Notes under the pieces: model-generated
Seen by the model: only the letters and a program-made list of their open reading frames with translations
Told to the model about the DNA's origin: nothing
Database searches by the model: none
Shown here: one piece after another, positions 1-8,493 of the stretch
How the letters are laid out: each line of letters opens with the position of its first letter
Position numbering within the stretch: the first letter of the stretch is position 1
Made by a program: the position numbers and the translations under genes
Assembly: GCA_963732075.1 (NCBI GenBank)
Contig: CAVSYD010000003.1
Span: 906,518 to 970,517, forward strand
Source: an uncultured Actinomycetes bacterium
GTDB lineage: Bacteria; Actinomycetota; Thermoleophilia; Gaiellales; JAICJC01
Length of the DNA stretch: 64,000 nucleotides
Direction of reading: 5' to 3'

Positions 1-77
1 GCATGCCGAAGGGACTCCTGGGCGGAGACGACGTCGACAGCATCGCCGCCTACGTCGTGACCCGGACGAAGCGGTGA
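1..77 (+). CDS. C-terminal tail of a c-type cytochrome-like protein (5' partial, runs off the window)
   Basis: Open to the window edge. The tail PKGLLGGDDVDSIAAYVVTRTKR* resembles the last helix of class I cytochromes c. TGA at 75-77 overlaps the GTG of the next gene (GTGA). Confidence 0.3.
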   Translation, partial: MPKGLLGGDDVDSIAAYVVTRTKR

Positions 78-910
78 GCGCCGCGCTCCCTCCCGGGCTC
101 GACGCCTCGGCCGTGCGGGCGGTGGCCATGGATCTCGACCGCACGGTGGTGCCGTCGTCGCTCACCCTGTCGCCGGCCACGGTGCGGGCGGTCGCCGCCG
201 TCCACGCGGCCGGCATCGAGCCGATCATCGCCACCGGGCGGATGTTCGCGTCGGCCCAGCCGTACGCCCGCGAGCTCGGCATCACCGCGCCGCTGATCTG
301 TTACCAGGGGGCGCTCGTGGCCGACCCGCGGAGCGGCGAGTGGCTGTTGCACCAGCCGATCGACGTGCCGCTGGCGCTCGAGGTGATCGCGGCGGTCCGC
401 GCCGAGGGCTTCCACATGAACGTGTATGTGAACGACCAGCTCTGCGTCGAGCGGCCGACACCGGAGGCGCGCACCTACGCCGAGCACGCCCGGCTCGAGA
501 TGGTCGTGGTCGGCGACTTCGGCGCGTGGCTGCGACAGCCGACCACGAAGATCGTGGTCGTCGGCGAGCCGCACTTGCTGGACGATCTCGAGGTCCGGCT
601 GCGGGCGAGCTTCGACGGCCGGCTCTTCATCGCCAAGTCGCTGCCGGAGTTCCTGGAGATCGCCCAACCCGGCGTGTCCAAGGGCGCTGCGCTGCGGTTC
701 GTGTGCAACCGGCTCGGGATCGACCCCGCCGACACGATCGCGTTCGGAGACGGCGCCAACGACCTCGAGCTCCTCGAGGCCGCCGGCCTGGGCGTTGCGA
801 TGGCCGACGCCGACCCGGCGCTGCTTGCGATCGCCGACTGGACGGTGCCGAGCGTTGTCGAAGACGGGGTCGCGAGCTTCCTGAGCCTGTTAGTAGACTC
901 ACGAGCCTGA
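74..910 (+). CDS. HAD-superfamily hydrolase, Cof-type (subfamily IIB)
   Basis: Intact 278-aa ORF. Contains HAD motif I (AMDLDRTVV) and motif IV (FGDGANDLELLEAAGLGVAM). The stop shares one nucleotide with the serS ATG. Confidence 0.85.
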   Translation: MSAALPPGLDASAVRAVAMDLDRTVVPSSLTLSPATVRAVAAVHAAGIEPIIATGRMFASAQPYARELGITAPLICYQGALVADPRSGEWLLHQPIDVPLALEVIAAVRAEGFHMNVYVNDQLCVERPTPEARTYAEHARLEMVVVGDFGAWLRQPTTKIVVVGEPHLLDDLEVRLRASFDGRLFIAKSLPEFLEIAQPGVSKGAALRFVCNRLGIDPADTIAFGDGANDLELLEAAGLGVAMADADPALLAIADWTVPSVVEDGVASFLSLLVDSRA

Positions 911-2193
911 TGCTCGACCCGAAGCTGATCCGCTCCGACCCGGACGCGGTGCGGGCCGCACTCGAGCGGCGCGGTGGCTCGGCGGCGGCCGACGTCGACC
1001 GGTTCCTGGCGCTCGACCGCGAGCGGCTGGAGCTGCTGCAGCGGGTCGAGGCGGCCCGGGCGGAGCGCAACACGGCGGCCCGCGCGATCGCCGAGGCCAA
1101 GGCGCGCGGCGAGGACGCCGCCGCCGAGATCGCCCTCCAGGCCGAGCTCAAGCAGAGCCAGTCCGAGGGCGAGGCCGCCCTGGCCGGGGCCGAGGCGGCG
1201 ATCCAGGACCTCCTGCTCGCAATCCCCAACCTGCCGCACCCCTCGGCCCCGCTCGGCGACACCGAGGAGGACGCCGAGATCGTGCGGATCCACGGCAGCC
1301 CGCCCGAGTTCGGGTTCCCGCCCCGTGACCACCTCGACCTGGCGGGGCCGGACGGGCTGGGCCTGATCGATGCCGAGGCGGCCGCGCGCGTGTCGGGAAG
1401 CCGCTTCCACTACCTGCTCGGCGACCTCGTGCGGCTGGAGTTCGCGCTCGTCCAGTGGGGGCTCGCGAAGCTGCACGCGCGGGGGTTCACGCCCGTGATC
1501 CCGCCGGTGCTCGTGAAGCGCGAGGCCATGGTCGGCACAGGCTTCTTTCCCGAGGCCGAGGCCCAGGTGTACGGCCTTGCCACCGACGATCTGTACCTGG
1601 TCGGCACCGCGGAGGTGCCGCTGGCCTCGCTGCACGGCGGGGAGATGCTCTCGGCCGACGATCTGCCGCTGCACTACGTGGGCTTCTCCACGTGCTTCCG
1701 GCGCGAGGCCGGCGCCGGCGGCAAGGACACCCGCGGGATCTTCAGGGTGCACCAGTTCGACAAGCTCGAGCTCTTCAGCTACTGCCACCCCGACCGGTCG
1801 TGGGACGAGCAGGAGGAGCTGCTTGCGATCGAGGAGGAGGTCGCCCAGGAGCTCGGGTTCCACTACCAGGTCGTGAACGTGGCCGCCGGCGACCTGGGCG
1901 CGTCGGCCGCGCGCAAGTTCGACATCGAGGTGTGGCTGCCCGGCCAGGGCCGCTTCCGCGAGCTCACGTCGTGCTCGAACTGCACCGACTACCAGGCCCG
2001 GCGCCTGAACACCCGCTTCCGCGGCGACGGCGGGCGACCCCAGTTCGTCCACATGCTGAACGGCACCGCGATCACGTCGAGCAGGACGATCCTGGCGCTG
2101 ATCGAGTACGGCCAGCGCGAGGACGGATCGGTCGAGACGCCGGCCGTGCTGCACCCGTTCGGCGCCCCCCAGGTGCTCGCGAAGGCCGGCTGA
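910..2193 (+). CDS. serS: seryl-tRNA synthetase
   Basis: 427 aa from ATG 910; the upstream part of ORF 340..2193 is read-through. N-terminal coiled coil, then class II motifs FRVHQFDKLE, RELTSCSNCTDYQARR and MLNGTAI. Confidence 0.95.
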   Translation: MLDPKLIRSDPDAVRAALERRGGSAAADVDRFLALDRERLELLQRVEAARAERNTAARAIAEAKARGEDAAAEIALQAELKQSQSEGEAALAGAEAAIQDLLLAIPNLPHPSAPLGDTEEDAEIVRIHGSPPEFGFPPRDHLDLAGPDGLGLIDAEAAARVSGSRFHYLLGDLVRLEFALVQWGLAKLHARGFTPVIPPVLVKREAMVGTGFFPEAEAQVYGLATDDLYLVGTAEVPLASLHGGEMLSADDLPLHYVGFSTCFRREAGAGGKDTRGIFRVHQFDKLELFSYCHPDRSWDEQEELLAIEEEVAQELGFHYQVVNVAAGDLGASAARKFDIEVWLPGQGRFRELTSCSNCTDYQARRLNTRFRGDGGRPQFVHMLNGTAITSSRTILALIEYGQREDGSVETPAVLHPFGAPQVLAKAG

Positions 2194-2194
2194 G

Positions 2195-2794
2195 CTACCC
2201 GGAGATCTGCTGGGCGATGCGGGCCAGGTCGGCCCGCACGATCTGCGCGTCCCGCCGGCTGTAGGCCAGGCCGAGCCCGAGCGCGTCGCCGCGAGCGAGG
2301 TAGATGTCGTAGGCGCCGTCGCTGCCGGCCATCGTGCCCGGCGCGCCCGGTTTGTGCATGGCCATCTCAATCGTGCCGGGGGCGATCACCCTGTAGCCTG
2401 ACGGCGTCGCGCGGTGCTCGTCGGAATACATACCCCCCCGGATGCAGCGGGCGGGCAGAGCCGCGTTGCCGAAGACCCAGACGCCCATCGCGATGCGCCC
2501 AGTGTCGTCGCTGGTCGGCGGAACCCGGCGGTCACCGAACTCCAGGGCGTACCTGGGGCGCTGATAGCCGGCGAACCTGCCCGTCGGCTTCGGCGGGCCG
2601 AACTCGAGGGCGTGCGCCGTGCAACGCCACGACCCCGAGCCGGCAGTCTCCGTCGCGCGGGTGAAGCCGTCGCTTCTGGCCTTGGCGAGCGCCTGAGCGC
2701 CGGTGAGGGGCGGGGGCGACGCCGAGCTCGAGCCGATGCAGCCCGCCGCGACCGCCGTGAGCGCGAGTGCTGCGAGCCGGGCTCGTGTCCGCAT
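2195..2794 (-). CDS. hypothetical lipoprotein
   Basis: Intact 199-aa ORF with signal peptide and lipobox MRTRARLAALALTAVAAGC. No family recognised. Confidence 0.55.
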   Translation of the reverse strand: MRTRARLAALALTAVAAGCIGSSSASPPPLTGAQALAKARSDGFTRATETAGSGSWRCTAHALEFGPPKPTGRFAGYQRPRYALEFGDRRVPPTSDDTGRIAMGVWVFGNAALPARCIRGGMYSDEHRATPSGYRVIAPGTIEMAMHKPGAPGTMAGSDGAYDIYLARGDALGLGLAYSRRDAQIVRADLARIAQQISG

Positions 2795-2844
2795 GGCTGA
2801 ATCCTACGCGTGCACAGGGCCGGCACTACGATCTCTGCCTGTCC

Positions 2845-2933
2845 GGCGGGGTGGCGGAGCGGTTGAACGCACCGGTCTTGAAAACCGGCAACGGGTGAAT
2901 GCTCGTTCGTGGGTTCGAATCCCACCCCCGCCG
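2845..2933 (+). tRNA. tRNA-Ser (anticodon TGA), class II with long variable arm
   Basis: - Acceptor stem: GGCGGGG/CCCCGCC.
- D stem: GCG/CGC.
- Anticodon stem CCGGT/ACCGG with loop CTTGAAA.
- Variable arm: AACG..CGTT.
- T arm: GTGGG-TTCGAAT-CCCAC.
- Discriminator G; CCA not encoded. Confidence 0.9.
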
Positions 2934-2967
2934 CTTCAGCCCCAACCAACCGCGTGGTTGAGCCGAA
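2895..2967 (+). repeat. Direct repeat copy 1 (tRNA-Ser 3' half plus downstream flank); att-like
   Basis: GTGAATGCTCGTTCGTGGGTTCGAATCCCACCCCCGCCGCT at 2895-2935 recurs at 5884-5924 with one mismatch. The 16-mer GCGTGGTTGAGCCGAA at 2952-2967 recurs at 5953-5968. Confidence 0.85.
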
Positions 2968-3426
2968 TCGGCTAGCTCCAGCTCGCGCCGGACACACTCG
3001 CCGGTCGTCCCGAACCGCCAGATCCGCGTAGCCAGGCCGAAGGATCACAGTCGCGCACACGATCGCGTACCAGCCCCGACGGCACGCCTAGATCCGCGGC
3101 CTGGCTAGGTCGCGAAGCCCTACAGGCCGACCGAGTAATACTCGCGGCGTAGCCATCCGGCTGACCTTCGACCCAACCAACCCAAGATCTCCGCTCCGAG
3201 GGTCCGGTGAGCAGAACGCCACCTCGGCCGACGACCAGAGGCATCTTGAATCCTCCGCCGGCTCTTCGTGACCGGTTCACATGCGAACCATCCGTTCGCA
3301 CTCGCCATTTCGAGCCAGCGAATTTCCGACGAACGCCTCATGTGACCGGCAGGGTGCTCTAACCGTTCTCCCATCCGCAGCGAGGAAAACGGGGGTTGGC
3401 TGACTCCGGCGCATTACCCTCATCCT

Positions 3427-3780
3427 GTGGCTAAGCGAAACCGTAAACGGTCTCGACCCCAGCCCCAGCGCAAACGAGGGCCGGTCGCGCCGGCTAGCCC
3501 GGAAGCATTGGTACAGCCGGCGGCGGGTGCAGAGAGCCGAGTCGCTCGTGCGAAGCGCCAGGCGCGGCGGGTGGAGATCGGCATCGGCCTCGGCGCTGGA
3601 GCGCTCTTCATCGGGAGCGCAGCGCTCGCCCATAGCTACGCGCAGGGCCACCCGCGTGCGCCGATGTCACCCCTGGCCGCGCCGAAGAAGTTCCAGGCGG
3701 CTGTCAAGAAGAGCTTCCTTGCCGCCGGCCAGATCGCGCCGCCGGAAGCGCCCCCGCAAGTGAACGCCGGCGCGTCATGA
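3427..3780 (+). CDS. hypothetical membrane-anchored protein (basic N-terminus, one TM)
   Basis: 117-aa ORF with a GTG start. It begins KRNRKRSRPQPQRKR and has a TM segment IGIGLGAGALFIGSAALA. Its stop overlaps the apbE start (ATGA), suggesting an operon. Confidence 0.45.
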   Translation: MAKRNRKRSRPQPQRKRGPVAPASPEALVQPAAGAESRVARAKRQARRVEIGIGLGAGALFIGSAALAHSYAQGHPRAPMSPLAAPKKFQAAVKKSFLAAGQIAPPEAPPQVNAGAS

Positions 3781-4640
3781 TGATCACAGCCGACCATGTC
3801 TTTGGGTGCGAGCTGGAGCTCTCCCACCCGCTCGACCCGGAACTCGCCGAGCTGTTCGATCACTACGACCAGACGTTCAGCCGTTTCCGCGATGGCAGCG
3901 AGCTCACCTTCGTCAACCGCCGGGCGGGCCATCCGACCAGCGCCTCTCCCCTCTTCTCAGACGTGCTGGGAATCGCCCTTGACGCCGCCGTGGAGACAGA
4001 CGGCCTCGTCGACCCGACACTCGGACGCTCCCTCACAACGCCCGGCTATGACCGTGACTTCGCCCTCCTCGAACAGGATGACGACGACGCGATCGCCGAG
4101 ACGATGGCTGACCAGGCGTCCACGGGCCGCTACGGCGACGTCCGTTTCAACCCCGTCGAGCGGATCGTCTGGCTGCCCGAAGATGTCCAGCTCGACCTGA
4201 ACGGCGTTGTCAAAGCGCTCGCGATCGATCACGCCCTCTCCCTGATCGGCGACGGATTCGTCTCGATCGGCGGCGACATCGCAGCCAGCCAGGCGCTCGA
4301 CGTTGCACTCCCCGCAGGCGGCGCTGTTCGCCTCCGGCGGGGTGCTCTCGCGACCTCAAGCCCGCTGCGGCGACGCTGGCGACGCGGCGGCACGGAGCAT
4401 CATCACCTGATCGACCCCCGAAGCGGCCGCTCGTCCACATCGTCCTGGAGCTACGTCACCGTCTGTGGCGCAAACGCGCTCGCGGCTGACATCGCCGCCA
4501 AAGCGGCGTTCCTGCTCGGAGAGGACGGCCCGGCGTGGCTGGAAACGCGCGGCCTGCCGGGACGATTCGTCGCAGGTGACGGACACGTCTCCCACACAAG
4601 CCATTGGCGCGAACAACTCGGACATGTGGCATGCACCTGA
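3777..4640 (+). CDS. apbE: FAD:protein FMN transferase (ApbE family)
   Basis: Intact 287-aa ORF with ApbE-family blocks SRFRDGSELTFVN, DPTLG, LDLNGVVKALAID, IGGDI, LATSSPLRRRW..HHHLIDPRSG and ALAADIAAKAAF. Confidence 0.8.
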   Translation: MMITADHVFGCELELSHPLDPELAELFDHYDQTFSRFRDGSELTFVNRRAGHPTSASPLFSDVLGIALDAAVETDGLVDPTLGRSLTTPGYDRDFALLEQDDDDAIAETMADQASTGRYGDVRFNPVERIVWLPEDVQLDLNGVVKALAIDHALSLIGDGFVSIGGDIAASQALDVALPAGGAVRLRRGALATSSPLRRRWRRGGTEHHHLIDPRSGRSSTSSWSYVTVCGANALAADIAAKAAFLLGEDGPAWLETRGLPGRFVAGDGHVSHTSHWREQLGHVACT

Positions 4641-5608
4641 CCACGAGCCCGATCGACTGGTATGCCGCCCGCGCCGCGGGCATCGTCGCCTACGTATTGC
4701 TGTCCCTCGTAGTCTGCCTCGGCTTGGCGATGGCGGGCAAAGCACCGACGAAACGCTGGCCGAAATTCACCCAGGAGGGTATCCATCGCGTCGGCGGCTT
4801 GATGGTCGGAACCTTCATCGCGATCCACATCGCGACGATCGCGGCTGACTCCTATCTGCCGTTCAAACCGGTCGAGCTTCTCGTGCCGCTCGCCTCTCGC
4901 TACCGGCCCGTCTGGCTCGGGCTCGGCATCTGTGCAGCCGAGCTACTGCTCGCGCTTGCGATCACGAACCGGCTACGCAAACGCCTCGAACACAAGACTT
5001 GGCGGACGCTTCACTACCTGAACTTCGGCGTCTGGACCGCCGCGACGCTGCACTCGATCGGCATCGGCACGGATCGTTCCGCGACCTGGATGCTCGCGAT
5101 CGACGTGCTCGCTGTCGGCTCTGTGGTAGGGCTTTGCGGATGGCGGTTCGGCCGCACGCTCAGCTGGCGAGCAAGCGCAGCGGTCCTGGGAGCGCTCATC
5201 GGCGGCGCACTACCCGTCTGGCTGGCGCTCGGCCCACTCTCCTATCATCCGAAGCCGTGGAACCTGGCCTCGTTCTCGGAACGTATCCACGGCCAGATCC
5301 TCAGCCAGCAGGCGCCGACAAAAGCGATTGTCTCGATGGCCGGAACCGCGAACGGCGATCAGCGCGTGCTCGTACGCGCCGACCTGCTGATCGGCCAGAC
5401 ACGAAGCCAACAGACCGCACTCCAGCTGGAATACATCCCCAGCGGCCTTCACTGCGCGGGTCAGATCGATCACGTCGCCCAGACCGGCTTCAGCGGCCAT
5501 TGTCGACTCTCCGACGGCAGCGGACAGCGAAACGTGACAGCGAACTGGCAGCTGACAGGCGTCAGCTCGAAGCTCGTCGGCACGCTCGACGTCCAGCCTC
5601 GCGGCTAA
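4631..5608 (+). CDS. ferric-reductase-like transmembrane protein (MsrQ/YedZ-type haem-binding core) with about 130-aa C-terminal extension
   Basis: Start taken at MHLTTSPIDWY, overlapping the apbE stop. About six TM helices carry conserved His residues (IHRVGG, IAIHIATI, LHYLNFGVW, TLHSIG). The C-terminal soluble part matches no family I recognise. Confidence 0.7.
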   Translation: MHLTTSPIDWYAARAAGIVAYVLLSLVVCLGLAMAGKAPTKRWPKFTQEGIHRVGGLMVGTFIAIHIATIAADSYLPFKPVELLVPLASRYRPVWLGLGICAAELLLALAITNRLRKRLEHKTWRTLHYLNFGVWTAATLHSIGIGTDRSATWMLAIDVLAVGSVVGLCGWRFGRTLSWRASAAVLGALIGGALPVWLALGPLSYHPKPWNLASFSERIHGQILSQQAPTKAIVSMAGTANGDQRVLVRADLLIGQTRSQQTALQLEYIPSGLHCAGQIDHVAQTGFSGHCRLSDGSGQRNVTANWQLTGVSSKLVGTLDVQPRG

Positions 5609-5709
5609 GAGTCGCACGCAGGTCCTCGAACACCAGCACGAGCGGCGTCCGCACGGCCAGTTCCTCGAGGGCGGCCGAGGTCGCGATTGCCGCGAACAGA
5701 TCCCGGCAC

Positions 5710-5880
5710 CTATCTGCCGGCGGTCACGGCCTTCAGCTGGTCGAGCGACTCGCGAATGAGCTGCGGCAGGTCCCGGTGGTTGCTCTCGTTGATCCAGCGC
5801 TCAAACGCGACCCGAAAGACCGCGATTCCGGCCTCGGCGGTCAGGCTCGCATCGGGGTCGGTGACGCCGCGCCGGCGCAA
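5710..5880 (-). pseudogene. TetR-family regulator, C-terminal 56-codon fragment
   Basis: Minus-strand translation is LRRRGVTDPDASLTAEAGIAVFRVAFERWINESNHRDLPQLIRESLDQLKAVTAGR*. Hand alignment to the 3' end of the full TetR gene (9288-9458) gives 22 mismatches and 1 indel over about 170 nt. The fragment is truncated exactly where the tRNA fragment begins. Confidence 0.75.
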
Positions 5881-5883
5881 GGC

Positions 5884-5968
5884 GTGAGTGCTCGTTCGTG
5901 GGTTCGAATCCCACCCCCGCCGCTCGCTCGCTCGCTCGCTCCATGATGACCGGCGTGGTTGAGCCGAA
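5884..5968 (+). repeat. Direct repeat copy 2: truncated tRNA-Ser 3' half (5884-5924) plus conserved downstream 16-mer
   Basis: 40 of 41 nt identical to 2895-2935. No 5' half of a tRNA is present. See copy 1. Confidence 0.85.
5921..5940. repeat. (CGCT)x5 tetranucleotide tandem repeat
   Basis: cgctcgctcgctcgctcgct lies directly after the tRNA fragment. This segment is absent after the intact tRNA. Confidence 0.8.
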
Positions 5969-6050
5969 CCGCGGGCCTAGGGGGGGCGCGCGCGCCCGGC
6001 CCGGGACTCCAGACATATACGTAGCCGCGGATCCCCCCTACCTTTAGAGG

Positions 6051-8296
6051 GTGCCCCGCTTCTCCCGAAGTCCGCGCCTTGCCGCCGGACTCCTCGCCTT
6101 CACGCTGGGCGCCGCTCTCATCGTCGCGCCGCTCGCCGATGGTGCTTCAGGCACAGGCGTGTGGACACAGAGCGGCCCGTATGGCGGCACCGTCAACGAA
6201 CTCGCGGCCGCTCCCGGCGCGCCGGCGACGATGTATGCCGCGACGGGCGGGGGAATCTTCAAGAGCACGAACGCCGGTGCGACCTGGACCGGTTCATCGA
6301 GTGGTCTCACCGACGGCAACGTGACCTCGATTGCGGTCAACCCGGCCGATACTTCCGAGGTCTACGCGACCACGAGCACGGCGCTCTGGCGCAGCACCGA
6401 CGACGGCGCGACGTGGGCGACAGTGCCGGTGTCGGTGAACGGCGTCACGCCGTACAACGACACGAGCCTCGCGTTCGGTGCCGCGTCGACGCTCTATTTC
6501 TCGGGCAGCAACGGCGCTGTGGTCAGCTCCGATGACGGGTCGACCTGGACGTTTCTGGAGTCCACCGGCGGTCAGGTGAACGCGGTGATCCCAGATCCGC
6601 TGAATGCCTCCAACGTCCTCGTGGTCACCTCTGCCGGTCTGCAGCGCAGCGTCGACGGCGGCCTCACGTTCACGAACTGCTCGGTTCCCACGGGTCTCGG
6701 CGTTGCCAGCGCGACGTATGACCCGGGCAACGATGCGATCGTGTTCGCCGGCGCCGGGTCGCTCCTACGCAGTACCGACGGCGGAGCCTCGTTCCAGTCC
6801 GTGCAGACCGACGCAGGATCGCAGGTATGGAAGGTCGCGGCATCGCCCTCCGACCCGACTCATGTGTATGCCTCCGGGCGGGTGGGCCAGCTCACCTACA
6901 TCGCGCGCAGCGTCGACAGCGGCGCGACGTGGACGACCATGACCAGCGTGGGCGGCAGCGACCTTGTCCCGAACCTGCTCGTCGATCCGGCCTCCTCAGA
7001 CCACGTCTACGCCGGCACAAACGAGGGCGTGTTCCTGAGCAGCGACGGCGCCACGACGTGGGCGGCCAGCAACAACGGCCTCGCTGCGGCGGCGCCCAAC
7101 GGCCTGGCGGTCGATCTCTCCAACCCCACCACCGCCTATGCCGCGATGGGCGCACAGGGCGTGTACCGCACCACGGATTCCGGGGCGACATGGCAGCAGG
7201 CCGACAACGGCCTGGGTGACCCCGCGAACCCTTCGGCGCAGATCACCGCGGAGGAGGTCGCCGTGATGGCGAATGGGACGGTGCTCGTCGCACGGGCGCT
7301 CTCCGGGCCCAACGCCCAGCCGGTCAGCATCTTCAAGAGCACGAACGGCGGCGCGACCTGGACGGCAGCGGACAGCGGCCTCCCCTCCGCGGGGGTGTGG
7401 GACGTCGTCGCGCAGCCCGGCTCGGACACCAACGCGTTCGTGACGATCCAGAGCCCGGTAGGTGTGAGCTCGGCCGTCTATGGCACGACCGACGGCGGCT
7501 CGACATGGAATCCCGTCGGTCCCGCCGCGACCACAATCGCTGCGCTCGCGATCGCGAGCGATCACACGATTGTGGCGGCAACGGGCGGGGTGTACGACAA
7601 CTCGCCTGCGCAAGCGCTCTACATCAGCACCAACGGCGGCGTCTCGTGGGCGGCTCGCACGGCTCCGCCGGTGCAGGTTTCGACGTTCGCCTTCGGCGCC
7701 ACCTCCGCGACGATCTATGCGGGCAGCGCGCTCACTTCGCAGGTCGCCGTATCGACGAACGGCGGTGGTAGCTGGACGTTGCATTCCGTCGACCCGTCCA
7801 ACCGCTCGAGTCAGATCGATGCAATTGCCGTCGACCCGCTCGACCCGCGCGTTGTCTACGCCGGCACCGACGCGGGCGGCCTCTGGCAGAGCTCCGACGC
7901 CGGCGCGTCGTGGGCCGCGATGAGCACCATGGGGACCGGGTCGCGAGCCTCACGTTCAGCTCGTCCGCCAACACGCCCCTCCTGGCGTCCCTGCGGGGCA
8001 CCACGAGCGCAGGCCTCGCCAGCTTCGTGTCCACTCCGGCCAACCTCACGCTGCCGACAATCACCGGCACCGTCACCGCGGGGAACACCCTGAGCGCCAG
8101 GCGCGGAACTTGGGCCCGCGGCAAGACGTACGCCTACCAGTGGCTCGTCGGCGGCTTCACCGTCAAGGGCGCTACGAAGGCGACCTACAAGCTCCCCTCG
8201 AGCGCGGCCAAGAAGAAGGTCTCATGCCGCGTCACGGCCACCGGCCCGGGCGGTGTCACCGCTGTGAAATCGGCCTCGCTCACGGTCTCCAAATAG
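6051..8296 (+). CDS. secreted BNR/Asp-box repeat protein (beta-propeller) with C-terminal Ig-like module; one apparent frameshift near 7930-7940
   Basis: - Signal peptide: RLAAGLLAFTLGAALIVAPLADG.
- 13 Asp-boxes (SxDxGxTW type), for example STNAGATW, STDDGATW, SVDSGATW, TTDSGATW, STNGGGSW and SSDAGASW.
- The reading continues in ORF 7910..8296 (PTITGTVTAGNTLSARRGTW..YAYQWL).
- The shift falls at a GGGG run. Confidence 0.75.
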
Positions 8297-8493
8297 CTCC
8301 GACCACAGGTGGCGCCGATCGGGGAACCTCGATGACCCTCACGCTGTGAAGCGTTGCTTACGGAAAGTGTGAATGTCCGCACTATTTCGCTAGGGTTCGA
8401 CTTCGAGGCTGATGGCGGGTACGACGCACGCGGCAGGGCCTCCCGGGCTGACGAGTCAGCCACCACTCACGCGCCCAGGAGGGCATACCCACA

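Larger units (their letters stand above)
2936..5883. mobile_element. Putative degraded tRNA-Ser-associated genomic islet (no integrase recognisable)
   Basis: Bracketed by the intact tRNA-Ser and a 41-nt copy of its 3' half. Looks less GC-rich by eye than the flanks. Its right end is a mosaic of gene fragments. Confidence 0.3.

Noticed and set aside
475-2370. 631-aa minus-strand ORF opposite serS; also the N-terminal extension of ORF 340..2193
   Set aside because: It is antisense to an unambiguous seryl-tRNA synthetase. The 340-909 part of the plus ORF is the out-of-frame overlap with the HAD gene. The real serS start is ATG 910.
2972-3243. Small minus-strand ORF next to the tRNA with a good GGAGGA-N7-ATG start (MPLVVGRGGVLLTGPSERRSW...)
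   Set aside because: No family was recognised and the composition is partly non-coding-like. It might be a remnant of an islet gene, which is worth a blastx, but I could not identify integrase or excisionase motifs. It is therefore not called.
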